A stretch of DNA of 61,422 nucleotides from Chlorobiota bacterium (GTDB lineage Bacteria > Bacteroidota > Bacteroidia > Bacteroidales > B39-G9), in the NCBI GenBank assembly GCA_013152655.1, contig JAADFW010000279.1, positions 1 to 61,422 of the forward strand, written 5' to 3'. The translations under genes and the position numbers were made by a program. The notes beneath the pieces were generated by a model, which saw nothing but the letters and a program-made list of their open reading frames with translations, was not told where the DNA came from and did no database searches. Positions 38,979 through 49,148 of this stretch are shown here, one piece after another. Every line of letters begins with the position of its first letter. Position 1 is the stretch's first letter.

Positions 38979-39758
38979 ATGGAATATAAAAATATAGAGG
39001 TAAGCTTAAGTAATCATATTCAGTTTATTATGATTAACAGGCCAAAACAATTAAATGCATTAAACCGTGCAACATTTAATGAATTGGAAGATGTTTTTAA
39101 GCAAATTTATTTAAATAATGATATAAAAATAGTGATAATTACCGGAGCAGGAGAAAAAGCATTTGTTGCGGGTGCTGATATTAAAGAATTTGCTTCATTT
39201 TCACAAAAAGAGGCTGAACAGTTAAGTGCCAATGGCCAGCGAATATTTAAATTAATTGAAGATTGCCCAAAACCTGTAATAGCAGCAGTAAATGGATTTG
39301 CTTTAGGTGGAGGTTGTGAATTAAGTATGGCTTGCCATTTACGTGTTGCTGCTGACAATGCAAAGTTTAGTCAGCCCGAGGTAAGCCTCGGTGTAACACC
39401 CGGGTATGCCGGCACGCAACGATTGGTACAATTAATAGGCAAAACCAAAGCAATTGAAATGCTTATAACCGGTGATATGATAAATGCAGAACAAGCATTG
39501 AAATTTGGTTTGGTAAACTATGTTGTGCCGCTGAGTGAGTTAATGTCGAAAACCATTGAGATAGGGGAGAAGATTATGGCAAGGTCGCCGGTTGCTATTG
39601 CGGGGATTTTAAAAAGTGTGAATGCATTTTTTGCCGAGGGAGAAAACGGATTTGAGCAGGAAGTGAAAGAGTTTGGAAAATGTTTTATTTCAGAAGATTT
39701 TAAAGAAGGAACTGCCGCTTTTCTTGAAAAACGAAAACCTCAATTTCAGGGTAAATAA
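38979..39758 (+). CDS. Enoyl-CoA hydratase (crotonase family)
   Basis: 259 aa. AFVAGADIKEF and NGFALGGGCELSMACHLRVA motifs. Confidence 0.9.
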   Translation: MEYKNIEVSLSNHIQFIMINRPKQLNALNRATFNELEDVFKQIYLNNDIKIVIITGAGEKAFVAGADIKEFASFSQKEAEQLSANGQRIFKLIEDCPKPVIAAVNGFALGGGCELSMACHLRVAADNAKFSQPEVSLGVTPGYAGTQRLVQLIGKTKAIEMLITGDMINAEQALKFGLVNYVVPLSELMSKTIEIGEKIMARSPVAIAGILKSVNAFFAEGENGFEQEVKEFGKCFISEDFKEGTAAFLEKRKPQFQGK

Positions 39759-39767
39759 AATAATTAA

Positions 39768-40475
39768 TTATTTTTCAAGTTGCTTTATAATATCTTTTTT
39801 GTAACTGTATCCTATTGGTATAATTGTATTTCCAATTTTAATTCTGTTGCCTTCAATCATTTCAATTTTATCAAACTGAATAATAAATGATTTATGAACT
39901 CTTACAAAACTACCGGGCAATTGCTCAAGTAATTTTTTTAAAGTTATATATGAAATATATGTTTTATTTTTTGTGATAAATTTGCAGTAATCTCCCATTG
40001 ATTCAATAAAAAGCAATTCGTTTAATTTTATGTTATAGTGTTTTTTATCTGCTTTAATAAAAATATGGCCTTTGGTATTTTGTAATGGCGGCTTATTGTC
40101 AGGTACTATATTGTTTTTTTGTAATCTTTCTTCAACACGCTGAACAGCTTTAAAAAACCTGTCGAAAGAAAACGGTTTATGCAAATAATCAATTACTTCC
40201 AGTTCAAAACTTTCAACTGCATATTCGCGGTAAGCTGTTGTAATAATAACAAGAGGTGGGTTTCTAAGTGATTTTAAAAAATCAATGCCACTTAATCCGG
40301 GCATATTTATATCTAAAAACAGTAAATCTATTTTATTGCTATTGAGTAATTTAATAGCTTCAAATGCTGATTTGCATTTTCCTGTTAGTTTAAAATTAGT
40401 AAGATTTTTTAAAAAGCCTTCTATAACGCGAATGGCTGCCGGCTCATCATCAATTATTAAACATTTAATTTCCAT
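39768..40475 (-). CDS. LytR/AlgR-family response regulator (receiver + LytTR DNA-binding domain)
   Basis: 235 aa. CLIIDDEP, LLFLDINMPGLSG and the C-terminal LytTR pattern (FVRVHKSFII). Confidence 0.9.
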   Translation of the reverse strand: MEIKCLIIDDEPAAIRVIEGFLKNLTNFKLTGKCKSAFEAIKLLNSNKIDLLFLDINMPGLSGIDFLKSLRNPPLVIITTAYREYAVESFELEVIDYLHKPFSFDRFFKAVQRVEERLQKNNIVPDNKPPLQNTKGHIFIKADKKHYNIKLNELLFIESMGDYCKFITKNKTYISYITLKKLLEQLPGSFVRVHKSFIIQFDKIEMIEGNRIKIGNTIIPIGYSYKKDIIKQLEK

Positions 40476-40478
40476 ATT

Positions 40479-41603
40479 TTAATTTCTTTTTTGAGTGAAT
40501 TCATAAATTATTATTTTAACACTGTAGCTATTTTCATAGTTTAAAATATTTATGCTGTGTTTGTCAGGATATAATAAAGAAAGCCTTTTTTTTACATTAT
40601 GAATACCTATCCCTCCTTTAGAATTTTTTTTCATGCTATTCTCAATTGCTCCTTTAGAATTTTTTAAGTTAAAATAAAAATTTCTATTTATAATGCTTAT
40701 TGACAATGAGATACATTTATTCTTTGGATTTGTTCCTATTCCGTGTTTAAAAGCATTTTCAATTAAAGGAACAAATAGCAAAGGAGGGATGGATACCCCG
40801 TCAATATTTTTAATATTAAATTTTACTTCAATATCTTCTTCCAGCCTTATTTTTTCCAATTCAATGTAGTTTTTAATAAACTCTACTTCCTTTTGCAGTG
40901 AAACCAGCTTTGCCTTGCAATCGTACAAAATGTAACTCATTAAATCAGAAAGTTTAAGCACTATTGAAGGGGCAATATCTGATTTTAATAAACTATGTGA
41001 ATATATGCTGTTAAGTACATTAAACAGAAAATGAGGATTTAACTGTGATTTCAAAGTATTTAATTCAGCTTCAATTTTTTGTTTTTCTATTTCCTTTATT
41101 TTGAGTTCAGCCATAAGGTTCTTTTCACTTAATTGAAGATTTACCGATCTGATTCTGTTCCAATGCCTTAAAAGTTTTAATGCAGTAGTAAGAGTTACAA
41201 TTGCATATAAGCGCAATAGCTCAATTAAAAACCTGTCTATATGAATAAGCTGGTTTAAATTTGCCAATGGGTATAATTTGGGAAATATAAAATAGTAATA
41301 AACACATACTTGTAAAAAAGTAAAAAATAAGGCAGATAGTACAAATGCAAGGCTAAACACAATGTATTTATTTTCCAGAAGCAATTTGTCTATTAATACC
41401 ATCATTGTAAAATAGCTGGCTATTATTGCTACCGGAAGTAAGAAAAGTGTATGATATAGTTTTAATGTAAAACTTTCGTAGGTTGGGCCGTAAACAAAAC
41501 TATAAAACAATGTAAAAAAAATCCAAAACAGAAAATGCAGTACAAACCTCTTTTTTAAAAACCCAAAGGAGAATATTTTAATGTCCTTTATTTTTTTTAG
41601 CAT
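40479..41603 (-). CDS. LytS/YehU-type sensor histidine kinase
   Basis: 374 aa. Four or five N-terminal TM helices, a coiled coil, H-region LKSQLNPHFLFNVLNSIY and an ATPase-like tail (GIGIHNVKKRLSLLY). 3-nt spacer to the regulator gene. Confidence 0.88.
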   Translation of the reverse strand: MLKKIKDIKIFSFGFLKKRFVLHFLFWIFFTLFYSFVYGPTYESFTLKLYHTLFLLPVAIIASYFTMMVLIDKLLLENKYIVFSLAFVLSALFFTFLQVCVYYYFIFPKLYPLANLNQLIHIDRFLIELLRLYAIVTLTTALKLLRHWNRIRSVNLQLSEKNLMAELKIKEIEKQKIEAELNTLKSQLNPHFLFNVLNSIYSHSLLKSDIAPSIVLKLSDLMSYILYDCKAKLVSLQKEVEFIKNYIELEKIRLEEDIEVKFNIKNIDGVSIPPLLFVPLIENAFKHGIGTNPKNKCISLSISIINRNFYFNLKNSKGAIENSMKKNSKGGIGIHNVKKRLSLLYPDKHSINILNYENSYSVKIIIYEFTQKRN

Positions 41604-41857
41604 TTAAATATATATTTTCTATTCAGTTATTATAAAAACTAAAATTACTTAAAAATACTTTATTGAATAACATTTAAGATGAACGTAATACATACCGGGT
41701 TAAATATTGTTTTTTGCTGGTTAACCGCAAATAACTTAAAAAAAATCTACTTTATATTGTAGTTTACTTCACTTATCGAAAATAGTATTAAAGATTTTTA
41801 AAAGAATTTAATTTTATCGTCGAAATAAGATTTGTAAATTTTAAATTATAATAAATT

Positions 41858-42550
41858 ATGATGAAAAAAATAAAATCGCTTTTTGCTCTTATGGTAATTG
41901 TATTCATACCTTTTGGGTTAATGATATGGATACGAAGCCATCAATCTACTGGTTTTGCTTCAGTAGAATTAATAGCTTATCCGTTAATTTTTGGCGGGTT
42001 AAGTATCGTATTGATTTATTTAATTAAAAAGTATTTTCTTCATGAAAATATAAAAGAGTTTAATTCCGGAACAGGGAAGTTGAGCACTGATATATTATGG
42101 GGCCTGGCTTTAACAACTATCTATTTTATTCTGTTCTTTATTGAAAGATTAACACTTTCAGGTATCCTTAAATTTAATTCAAATATGGAATTGCTGGGTT
42201 TGATGCTGGATATGAGAGAAAATCCGCTATTACTAATACTATGGTTTGGCCCGGTTCTATGGATAGGAATTGCCTTGTATGAAGAACTAATAAGGGTATT
42301 TATTCTAACCGGTTTATGGAAATTCTCAAATCATAAAATATGGTCAATAATAGTAATAATTATTAGTGCTTTAATTATTGGGCTTGCTCATTGGAGTCAG
42401 GGGTCGTACGGTATAGTCACTATAGCTGTAAAAAGTACAATTAGTGGATTGTTCTTTTTTAAATACAGGCGCCTTCTGCCTTTGGTTGTAGCTCATGTAT
42501 TGTATGACGGGCTTCAGGTAGCCATGCTACTGATTACATATCCGCAATAA
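41858..42550 (+). CDS. CPBP-family intramembrane metalloprotease (CAAX/Abi)
   Basis: 230 aa, multi-TM. All three motifs are intact: EELIR, LAHW, HVLYD. Confidence 0.8.
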   Translation: MMKKIKSLFALMVIVFIPFGLMIWIRSHQSTGFASVELIAYPLIFGGLSIVLIYLIKKYFLHENIKEFNSGTGKLSTDILWGLALTTIYFILFFIERLTLSGILKFNSNMELLGLMLDMRENPLLLILWFGPVLWIGIALYEELIRVFILTGLWKFSNHKIWSIIVIIISALIIGLAHWSQGSYGIVTIAVKSTISGLFFFKYRRLLPLVVAHVLYDGLQVAMLLITYPQ

Positions 42551-42606
42551 AGCTGATAATAAATGGAAGTATAAATTTTTAAGCCATACTTTAATAGTTA
42601 ATTTTT

Positions 42607-43899
42607 ATGAACAAAGTAATAAATACGGTTTTGCTTATAAACTTTTCAGTTTCAGTATTGTTTTCTCAAGAAATTGATTTCAAGGATAAAGCTCTTGAAG
42701 AGTTTAAACAGGAGCATTACAACGAAGCTGTAAATTTGCTTGAAAGGGCTTTAATCCAGTCTCCTGACGATGCTGAAATATACTATTACCTCGGTTTTTT
42801 TAATCATTACAGAGCTTACGACAGCAGGCCGTTAAAAGGATACGATTTTTCATACTCGGAGCAGATTTTTAAATACCTTGATAAAGCAATTGAATTAAAT
42901 CCTGATTACGGAAATGCAAAGTATTTTTACGGTGCCGAATGCAGCGGAAACGCTTTTGTGGCAATGTATAACTACAATTTAGAGCAGTTAAAATATTTCT
43001 ATAATCTTGCTTTTGAAAAGGGAGCCTATCCTGATTGGCTGTTGGAGTTTGGGCGTAATATTTTGTCATCCTGCGATTCAAATGCGATTCTTTTTGCCGG
43101 AGGAAATGCCGATTTTGATGTGTGTATGTATCTTCAGTTGTTCGAAAATTTCAGAAAGGATATTACTTTAATACCTATTGGAAACATCAACCGTCCATGG
43201 TATGTGAATTTTTTAAAAAACGGCTTAACAGAAGGTGTGAGAAAAATATCAATAGATTTAACAACATTGCAAATAATGGATATTCATCCGTTTAAATGGG
43301 ATACAACTACTGTGGATATAACGGTTTCGCAAAAACTAATTAATAAATACGGCTTGAATAAATACCATACAATGCAATGGGTGGTAGAACCTGATTTATC
43401 ATCTGAAAGAAATCATTCTAAGATTGAAGGAGAAAAAGCAAAAAAAAGAACATACCTGAGCCCGCAAAGGGCAATATTATTACAAATTGTGGAAGATAAT
43501 TATCAGAATCGGCCAATTTTTTTCTCAAACATGGCCGGCCCGTCGTTTTATGGAGGGCTCGGTGTATTTTTTAGTGATTGTGGCTTAGTATCTGAATTAC
43601 TGCCTTTTAAAACAGCAAAAACCAAATATCAATATAATTATAAAAAGATTGAGAATCTTTTGCAAAAAAGCAATTTTACATATTATTCAGGAATTATTAC
43701 ACATGATATTCCCCGAATCTCAGGGCTTGTTTTTAACTATCACAAAGCAATCTTAACGCTGGCTTATTATTATAAAACAAATAATGATATTAAAAAAGCA
43801 GAATTGCTTACTGAATTTTATAAAAAGTATTTAAACATTGGTTTTAATACAACTTACGAAAGTATTTATTTAAAAGAATTAAACAGAAAGTTTGAATAA
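42607..43899 (+). CDS. Secreted TPR protein with DUF2723-like C-terminal region
   Basis: 430 aa with a signal peptide and TPR-like N-terminus. The segment AILFAGGNADFDVCMYLQLFENFRKDITLIPIGNINRPWYVNFL resembles the conserved luminal segment of DUF2723/TMEM260-like proteins, but no membrane domain is present. Confidence 0.6.
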   Translation: MNKVINTVLLINFSVSVLFSQEIDFKDKALEEFKQEHYNEAVNLLERALIQSPDDAEIYYYLGFFNHYRAYDSRPLKGYDFSYSEQIFKYLDKAIELNPDYGNAKYFYGAECSGNAFVAMYNYNLEQLKYFYNLAFEKGAYPDWLLEFGRNILSSCDSNAILFAGGNADFDVCMYLQLFENFRKDITLIPIGNINRPWYVNFLKNGLTEGVRKISIDLTTLQIMDIHPFKWDTTTVDITVSQKLINKYGLNKYHTMQWVVEPDLSSERNHSKIEGEKAKKRTYLSPQRAILLQIVEDNYQNRPIFFSNMAGPSFYGGLGVFFSDCGLVSELLPFKTAKTKYQYNYKKIENLLQKSNFTYYSGIITHDIPRISGLVFNYHKAILTLAYYYKTNNDIKKAELLTEFYKKYLNIGFNTTYESIYLKELNRKFE

Positions 43900-43911
43900 A
43901 ATACATTTTAT

Positions 43912-45126
43912 ATGGAATCTATTTATTGCCAATATAATATACCGGAATCATCAACAATCATGTTGATTTTCAAAAAAATAACTGTAAGCTTAATGCTGTA
44001 TTTATTTGTAGCTTGCACTAATTCGCAACCTGTTAACAGCGGCTTAAATGATTTTATTCAGGTAAAATATAACAAAAACCAACCTTTAGATAGTTTTGCT
44101 CTTGCTATTCAAAAACATTATCAACTACCCGGACTGGCTGTGGCAACTATTCATAAATCAGAAATAAGCGAAATTGCAGTTGTTGGCAAGAACAAAACAA
44201 AAAATGGCGTATTGTTAAACAGCGATAGCAAATTTCAAATTGCATCTTGTACCAAGTCGTTTACTGCTTTGCTAACTGCTACTTTTGTAGATGAAGGAAT
44301 TATTAACTGGAATACTAAAATTTCAGGTGTTTTCAAAGAAATGATAATCCACAAAGATTATCAGGATATTACAATTAAACAAGTACTAACGCATACAGCA
44401 GGCCTTCCACAATTCTGGACAGATGACGAAGTATTTAACATCTTGAATATAATACCTGAAATGCAAGGTAGCATTACCAGGCAAAGAAGAATTTTTGCAG
44501 AATGGAATCTGACACATAGCGCTGCATTTACATCAGGAGAACACCATTACTCCAACGGAGGTTATGTAATTATTGCTGCTATGCTTGAAAAATTAACAGG
44601 TAAATCTTACGAGGAATTGATGGATGAGAGAATATTTAAGCAATTAAAACTCAACTCAGCCGAGTTTGGCTACCCGTTTTTACACGACTCTATTCAGCCT
44701 TATCGCCACATGAACCGCAATGATACTGGCGTGGGAATTACAATGGATAAACAAAGTAGAATACCCAGTCCGGTTTTTAATCCGGCAGGTTTCATTTCGC
44801 TTTCAATAAATGATTTTGCAAAGTACGTATTGTTTTACACTCGTGTACTAAAAGGTGAAAAAAGCATTATTAACCATAGTGTGGTTCAGGAGTTGTTTAA
44901 GCCGGTTGTTCGTGACGAAAGCAACCATGAGATAGCAATGGGCTGGCAAATAATTTATGTCAACAACAAAAAGACTTATGGGCATACCGGTAGCGATGGA
45001 ACTATAAGAAGTGCCATGTCAATAAATCCTGAATCGGGCAATGCTGTTGTTTTTGTAACCAACATTGGCGATCAACAATCTGAATTAGCATTAATTAACG
45101 TGGTTGTAGAACTTATTAACTTATAA
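43912..45126 (+). CDS. Serine hydrolase, beta-lactamase/PBP4-like family (probable lipoprotein)
   Basis: SxxK motif ASCTKSF, YSNGGY and HTGSDG motifs. A more likely start is ATG 43960 (MLIFKKITVSLMLYLFVAC lipobox). Confidence 0.8.
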   Translation: MESIYCQYNIPESSTIMLIFKKITVSLMLYLFVACTNSQPVNSGLNDFIQVKYNKNQPLDSFALAIQKHYQLPGLAVATIHKSEISEIAVVGKNKTKNGVLLNSDSKFQIASCTKSFTALLTATFVDEGIINWNTKISGVFKEMIIHKDYQDITIKQVLTHTAGLPQFWTDDEVFNILNIIPEMQGSITRQRRIFAEWNLTHSAAFTSGEHHYSNGGYVIIAAMLEKLTGKSYEELMDERIFKQLKLNSAEFGYPFLHDSIQPYRHMNRNDTGVGITMDKQSRIPSPVFNPAGFISLSINDFAKYVLFYTRVLKGEKSIINHSVVQELFKPVVRDESNHEIAMGWQIIYVNNKKTYGHTGSDGTIRSAMSINPESGNAVVFVTNIGDQQSELALINVVVELINL

Positions 45127-45142
45127 ACTAACTATTAATATT

Positions 45143-45451
45143 ATGATGAATAATCCTTTGGAAATATTTAAACAAGAAGCTCCTGAAATTCAGGATGCTT
45201 ATGACGGAGTTATTAAAGCATTAATCGCTTCAAAAGGACTTGATGCTAAAACAAAACAATTGGCTTACATAGCCATGAAAGTTGTAACAGACGATAAAAA
45301 TGCCGTTGAATGTCATGTGCCAATGGCAAAAGCAGCCGGGGCAACACGCGATGAGGTTAAAGAAGTTATTCTTCTTTCTTTAACTGTGAACGGATTAAAA
45401 AGTATCCGTAACTTTTTGCCTAATGCTTTACATATATATGATAATTGTTAA
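45143..45451 (+). CDS. Carboxymuconolactone decarboxylase (AhpD-like) family protein
   Basis: 102 aa. The pattern LDAKTKQLAYIAMKV...ECHVPMAKAAGATRDEVKEVI is typical of the CMD family. Confidence 0.7.
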   Translation: MMNNPLEIFKQEAPEIQDAYDGVIKALIASKGLDAKTKQLAYIAMKVVTDDKNAVECHVPMAKAAGATRDEVKEVILLSLTVNGLKSIRNFLPNALHIYDNC

Positions 45452-45468
45452 ACCTTTAAAATATAGTA

Positions 45469-45915
45469 ATGAAACAAATATTTTTTATAGTTTTTATCTT
45501 TCTGTTAATGAAAGTAACTGCACAAAATGCAGAGCAGGAAAAAGAAGCCATTAAAAGGGTAATACAAACTGCATATGTGGAGGGATTGCAAAACGAAGGC
45601 GATGCCGGAAAAATTGATTCGGGCATTCACCCTGACTTTAACCTGCTCGGCATTGATAAAGGGAATGCCATGTGGAAATACTCGATAAAGGACTGGAAAA
45701 CCAACGTACTACAAAAACAAAAAAAAGGTGAATTGCCACGTACAGGAAAAGATAAGGTTTCGGTAAAATTTAAATCAATTGATGTAACAGGCACTGCTGC
45801 AATGGCCAAAATTGAATTTTATGTTGGAGAAAAATTTACTTATGTAGATTATATCTCGCTCTATAAATTTTCTGATGGATGGAAAATGGTGAATAAAATA
45901 TTCTATAAGCTTTAG
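45469..45915 (+). CDS. NTF2-like / putative lumazine-binding family protein, secreted
   Basis: 148 aa with a signal peptide. EKEAIKRVIQTAYVEGLQNEGD and a C-terminal DGWKMVNKIF pattern. Confidence 0.6.
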   Translation: MKQIFFIVFIFLLMKVTAQNAEQEKEAIKRVIQTAYVEGLQNEGDAGKIDSGIHPDFNLLGIDKGNAMWKYSIKDWKTNVLQKQKKGELPRTGKDKVSVKFKSIDVTGTAAMAKIEFYVGEKFTYVDYISLYKFSDGWKMVNKIFYKL

Positions 45916-45959
45916 TTTAAAATTAAACAAGCATGATAAAACATTTAATAACCTGAATC

Positions 45960-47228
45960 ATGAAAAAACACACATTGGCAATTTTTGCAGTAATATCTTT
46001 ATTCTTTTCCTGCCGGGGACAGAACAAAGAAAACAGCAACATAGAAATTCTAAACAAAGTTTGGAATACGATAAATGTCGAATATTTCGACTCAAGCTTT
46101 AACGGGCTTAACTGGCAGGCAGAATACAATTATTATAAACCTGTTATAGAAGCGTGTAATAATACTGACACATTATACCATTACATTAATCAGATGCTTT
46201 TTAAATTGAATGTTAGCCATGTTTTCGCACTTCCACCTAATTATGAAGATGAGATAGGTTCTCCGCAACTATTTCTTGATGGCACAATAGGAGTTAATCT
46301 TAGGTTAATTAATAACGAGGCTGTAATTGTATCAGTAAAAAAGAACTCATCGGCTTATGAAGCTGGTATTAGGCAAGGATGTCAATTAATTGAGGTAAAC
46401 GGAAAAACAATTGAATCTTTTATTGAAGATAAAAGAAAAAACCCGTTACCTCCGTTTAATGATATACACATAAGAATGCTCAGTACCGAGAATATTATCA
46501 GGGAATTATACGGAAACCCATATGATACGGTTAATTTAAGATATATTGATACCAATGGACTGGAGCATAATATTTCACTTCCTCTTTTGGAAAGAAATAT
46601 AAGAAAAGTCGCTTTTATACCTTCATTGCCCCCAATATACGCATCAATTTACCACAGAATAATCAATGATAATATTGCTTATATTCATTTTGACGTTTTT
46701 CATCCCGTTCTTACCGATACGGTAATATATACTATTCGAGAATATAACAAGATTCCTAATTTAATTATTGACCTTAGGGGAAATCCGGGCGGTGATTTTA
46801 ATACCAGAAAAACCATAGCTGAGCAATTTGTAAGTAAACGCACTCTCTTTTGGATATATCAGCGAAGAAATGATATTAACGAAGTATTCTTGAATCCTGT
46901 TAAAGAGCCTTATACAGGCAGGCTTGTTATACTGATTGACGAATTAAGCAGCTCGTCGAGCGAAGAGTTTGCGGGTGCAATGAAAGCTATTGGCCGGGCA
47001 ACAATTGTTGGCCAAAGAACTGCCGGTAAAGTTTTAACTATGGAAATTGTAGAATTGCCAAATGGTGGCCTTTTTGTTTATCCAAATCAACAAACAAGAA
47101 CATGTAAAAATGAAGTTTTGGAATCTGTTGGTGTTATTCCTGATATTTATGTTGAGTTAAACAAATATTCTTTAATAAACGGAATAGATACTCAATTAGA
47201 GAAAGCCATAGAATATTTAATGAAATGA
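45960..47228 (+). CDS. S41-family (tail-specific/C-terminal processing) peptidase with PDZ-like region
   Basis: 422 aa with lipoprotein signal (FFSC). LIIDLRGNPGGD, then DELSSSSSEEFAGAMK and a conserved Lys region. Confidence 0.8.
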   Translation: MKKHTLAIFAVISLFFSCRGQNKENSNIEILNKVWNTINVEYFDSSFNGLNWQAEYNYYKPVIEACNNTDTLYHYINQMLFKLNVSHVFALPPNYEDEIGSPQLFLDGTIGVNLRLINNEAVIVSVKKNSSAYEAGIRQGCQLIEVNGKTIESFIEDKRKNPLPPFNDIHIRMLSTENIIRELYGNPYDTVNLRYIDTNGLEHNISLPLLERNIRKVAFIPSLPPIYASIYHRIINDNIAYIHFDVFHPVLTDTVIYTIREYNKIPNLIIDLRGNPGGDFNTRKTIAEQFVSKRTLFWIYQRRNDINEVFLNPVKEPYTGRLVILIDELSSSSSEEFAGAMKAIGRATIVGQRTAGKVLTMEIVELPNGGLFVYPNQQTRTCKNEVLESVGVIPDIYVELNKYSLINGIDTQLEKAIEYLMK

Positions 47229-47234
47229 CAAGAA

Positions 47235-48509
47235 ATGAATATGGGAAAAAGAATTTGCCTTCTAATTATTACAGGATTATTAATTTTTAATGAAACTAAT
47301 GCCCAGCTTCCCGATTTTATTGAAAGATTGGATGGAGGAAAGGTTCAATCAGGTGATTTTTTTGAAAAAATACCGTTTGAATTAGTTGAGAACAGAATTT
47401 ATGTATCATCATTAATCAATAACCATAAATACAGGTTTTTAATTGATACATATTCGCCGTGTTTGTTATACAATTATGTGTTAGATGAGGTTAAGCTTGA
47501 TACAATAGATAAAAGCGCAACCTTGGGCAAATCGTTCTTAACGGGTTTTCTAATACCTGTTTTTCCAAAAATTGATACTTTTTCAATCGGAAATATTAAG
47601 TTTTCAGATGTTGGGGCAATGCTTATGAAAAAAGATTCTACAAATCCGTTAAAAGATTATATTATGGATGGTATATTGGGGTCTAATTTAATGAAGCATT
47701 GTATCTGGCAGTTTAATTTTATTGATTCAACAATAACAATAACAAATGATTTATCAAAGTGCAGCTATGTAAATAATGCAATTCAATTTCCGCTTATCCC
47801 TAAACCGGTACAGGCTTCGCCAAATATTTTTATGTTAATTGGCAACGATACTATTAATGTAGAATTTGACACAGGCAACAATGGTTTTATAAATGTACTT
47901 TCACCGGGAATTAATAAAAAAATTACCGAAGGCGAAGCTATTGCCTGGTCAGTGAAGTTAGATATTCCGGTTAACCGGGCTGATGTAGATAATATAGAAA
48001 CCCATTACTATGTGATGATTGATTCTATGCAGATAGGAGAGCATACATTTTATCTTGTTCCGGCAGTTGCTTACAATCCGGAATATACTCAAACAATGGG
48101 AAAAGGATCGGTTGGTATTGATTTTCTGAAACATTTTATTACCACAATAGATTGGATTGAGAACACAATATACCTTAAGCCAATTAAAGGAGAAGGACGG
48201 ATGCCGCACAATAAAAAAACATTTGGATTTACCTATGGATATGAAAATGGTGGATTTAATATCCAAAGTGTTTTTGCAGGGTCAAGAGCTGATTCACTTG
48301 GTTTTGAGATAGGGGATAAAATTATTTCAATAAATGGATTTGATTTAACCCAATTGACGGAAAAGCAAATTGATAAATTCAGACAAGGAACTTTAGATTT
48401 CTTACAAAAAAAGGATGATAAAATTTCAATTCTTTTACTAAAAAATGGAGTAAAAATTAGTTACACAATAGAATCATATAATTTATTTGGTAATAACCTG
48501 GAAAATTGA
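47235..48509 (+). CDS. Retropepsin-like aspartyl protease (two lobes) fused to a C-terminal PDZ domain
   Basis: 424 aa with a signal peptide. Lobe 1 reads FLIDTYSP (DTY, not DTG) and lobe 2 reads EFDTGNNG. PDZ-like tail (GSRADSLGFEIGDKIISINGFDL). Confidence 0.7.
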   Translation: MNMGKRICLLIITGLLIFNETNAQLPDFIERLDGGKVQSGDFFEKIPFELVENRIYVSSLINNHKYRFLIDTYSPCLLYNYVLDEVKLDTIDKSATLGKSFLTGFLIPVFPKIDTFSIGNIKFSDVGAMLMKKDSTNPLKDYIMDGILGSNLMKHCIWQFNFIDSTITITNDLSKCSYVNNAIQFPLIPKPVQASPNIFMLIGNDTINVEFDTGNNGFINVLSPGINKKITEGEAIAWSVKLDIPVNRADVDNIETHYYVMIDSMQIGEHTFYLVPAVAYNPEYTQTMGKGSVGIDFLKHFITTIDWIENTIYLKPIKGEGRMPHNKKTFGFTYGYENGGFNIQSVFAGSRADSLGFEIGDKIISINGFDLTQLTEKQIDKFRQGTLDFLQKKDDKISILLLKNGVKISYTIESYNLFGNNLEN

Positions 48510-48515
48510 AAAAAT

Positions 48516-49040
48516 ATGAAAGAAAAAATTACATTTTTCTGGAGAATATCTTCAGCACATATTTTTAGTTATTTTTTAGTAGGGCTTTTGAGTTCAATAT
48601 TTTTAAATTATAAAAATTTATTTGAAACACTGCCATATTCTTGTTTTATGCGGCCTATGCATTCATGGCAGGTTGGGTTAGGGCCTGCCTTCCAAATAAT
48701 TAGAGGCTTAATTATTTCATTTGTGCTTTGGCATTTTCGTGAAATTCTGATGAATACAAAAAATGGCTGGTTAAAATTATGGGGGCTTTTAGTTGGTTTA
48801 TCCGTATTGTCAACTGCTTCAGCTGCACCTGGCTCTGTTGAAGGATTAATTTACACAACAATTCCTGTTAAAAAGCAGATAATTGGCTATTTCGAATTGT
48901 TGCCACAAACTTTATTGTTTTCATTAATTGTTTTTTATTGGTTTAAGTATCCTGAAAAGGTAATCAGTATAATTTCATATTGCTTAATTACTGTTATAAT
49001 GATGATGAGTTTATTGACTTTATTAATTAAAAATCCTTAA
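48516..49040 (+). CDS. Hypothetical membrane protein
   Basis: 174 aa with four or five hydrophobic helices. 6-nt spacer to the upstream gene. No motif recognised. Confidence 0.6.
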   Translation: MKEKITFFWRISSAHIFSYFLVGLLSSIFLNYKNLFETLPYSCFMRPMHSWQVGLGPAFQIIRGLIISFVLWHFREILMNTKNGWLKLWGLLVGLSVLSTASAAPGSVEGLIYTTIPVKKQIIGYFELLPQTLLFSLIVFYWFKYPEKVISIISYCLITVIMMMSLLTLLIKNP

Positions 49041-49148
49041 TTATTTTTTGCAAAAAACAGTTTTATTAAAAAAGAAGAAGGAGTAACCGGGTTAAAATAT
49101 TTGGTAAAGTGTAAATATAAATTAAGTAAAAAAACAACGATATAGTAA

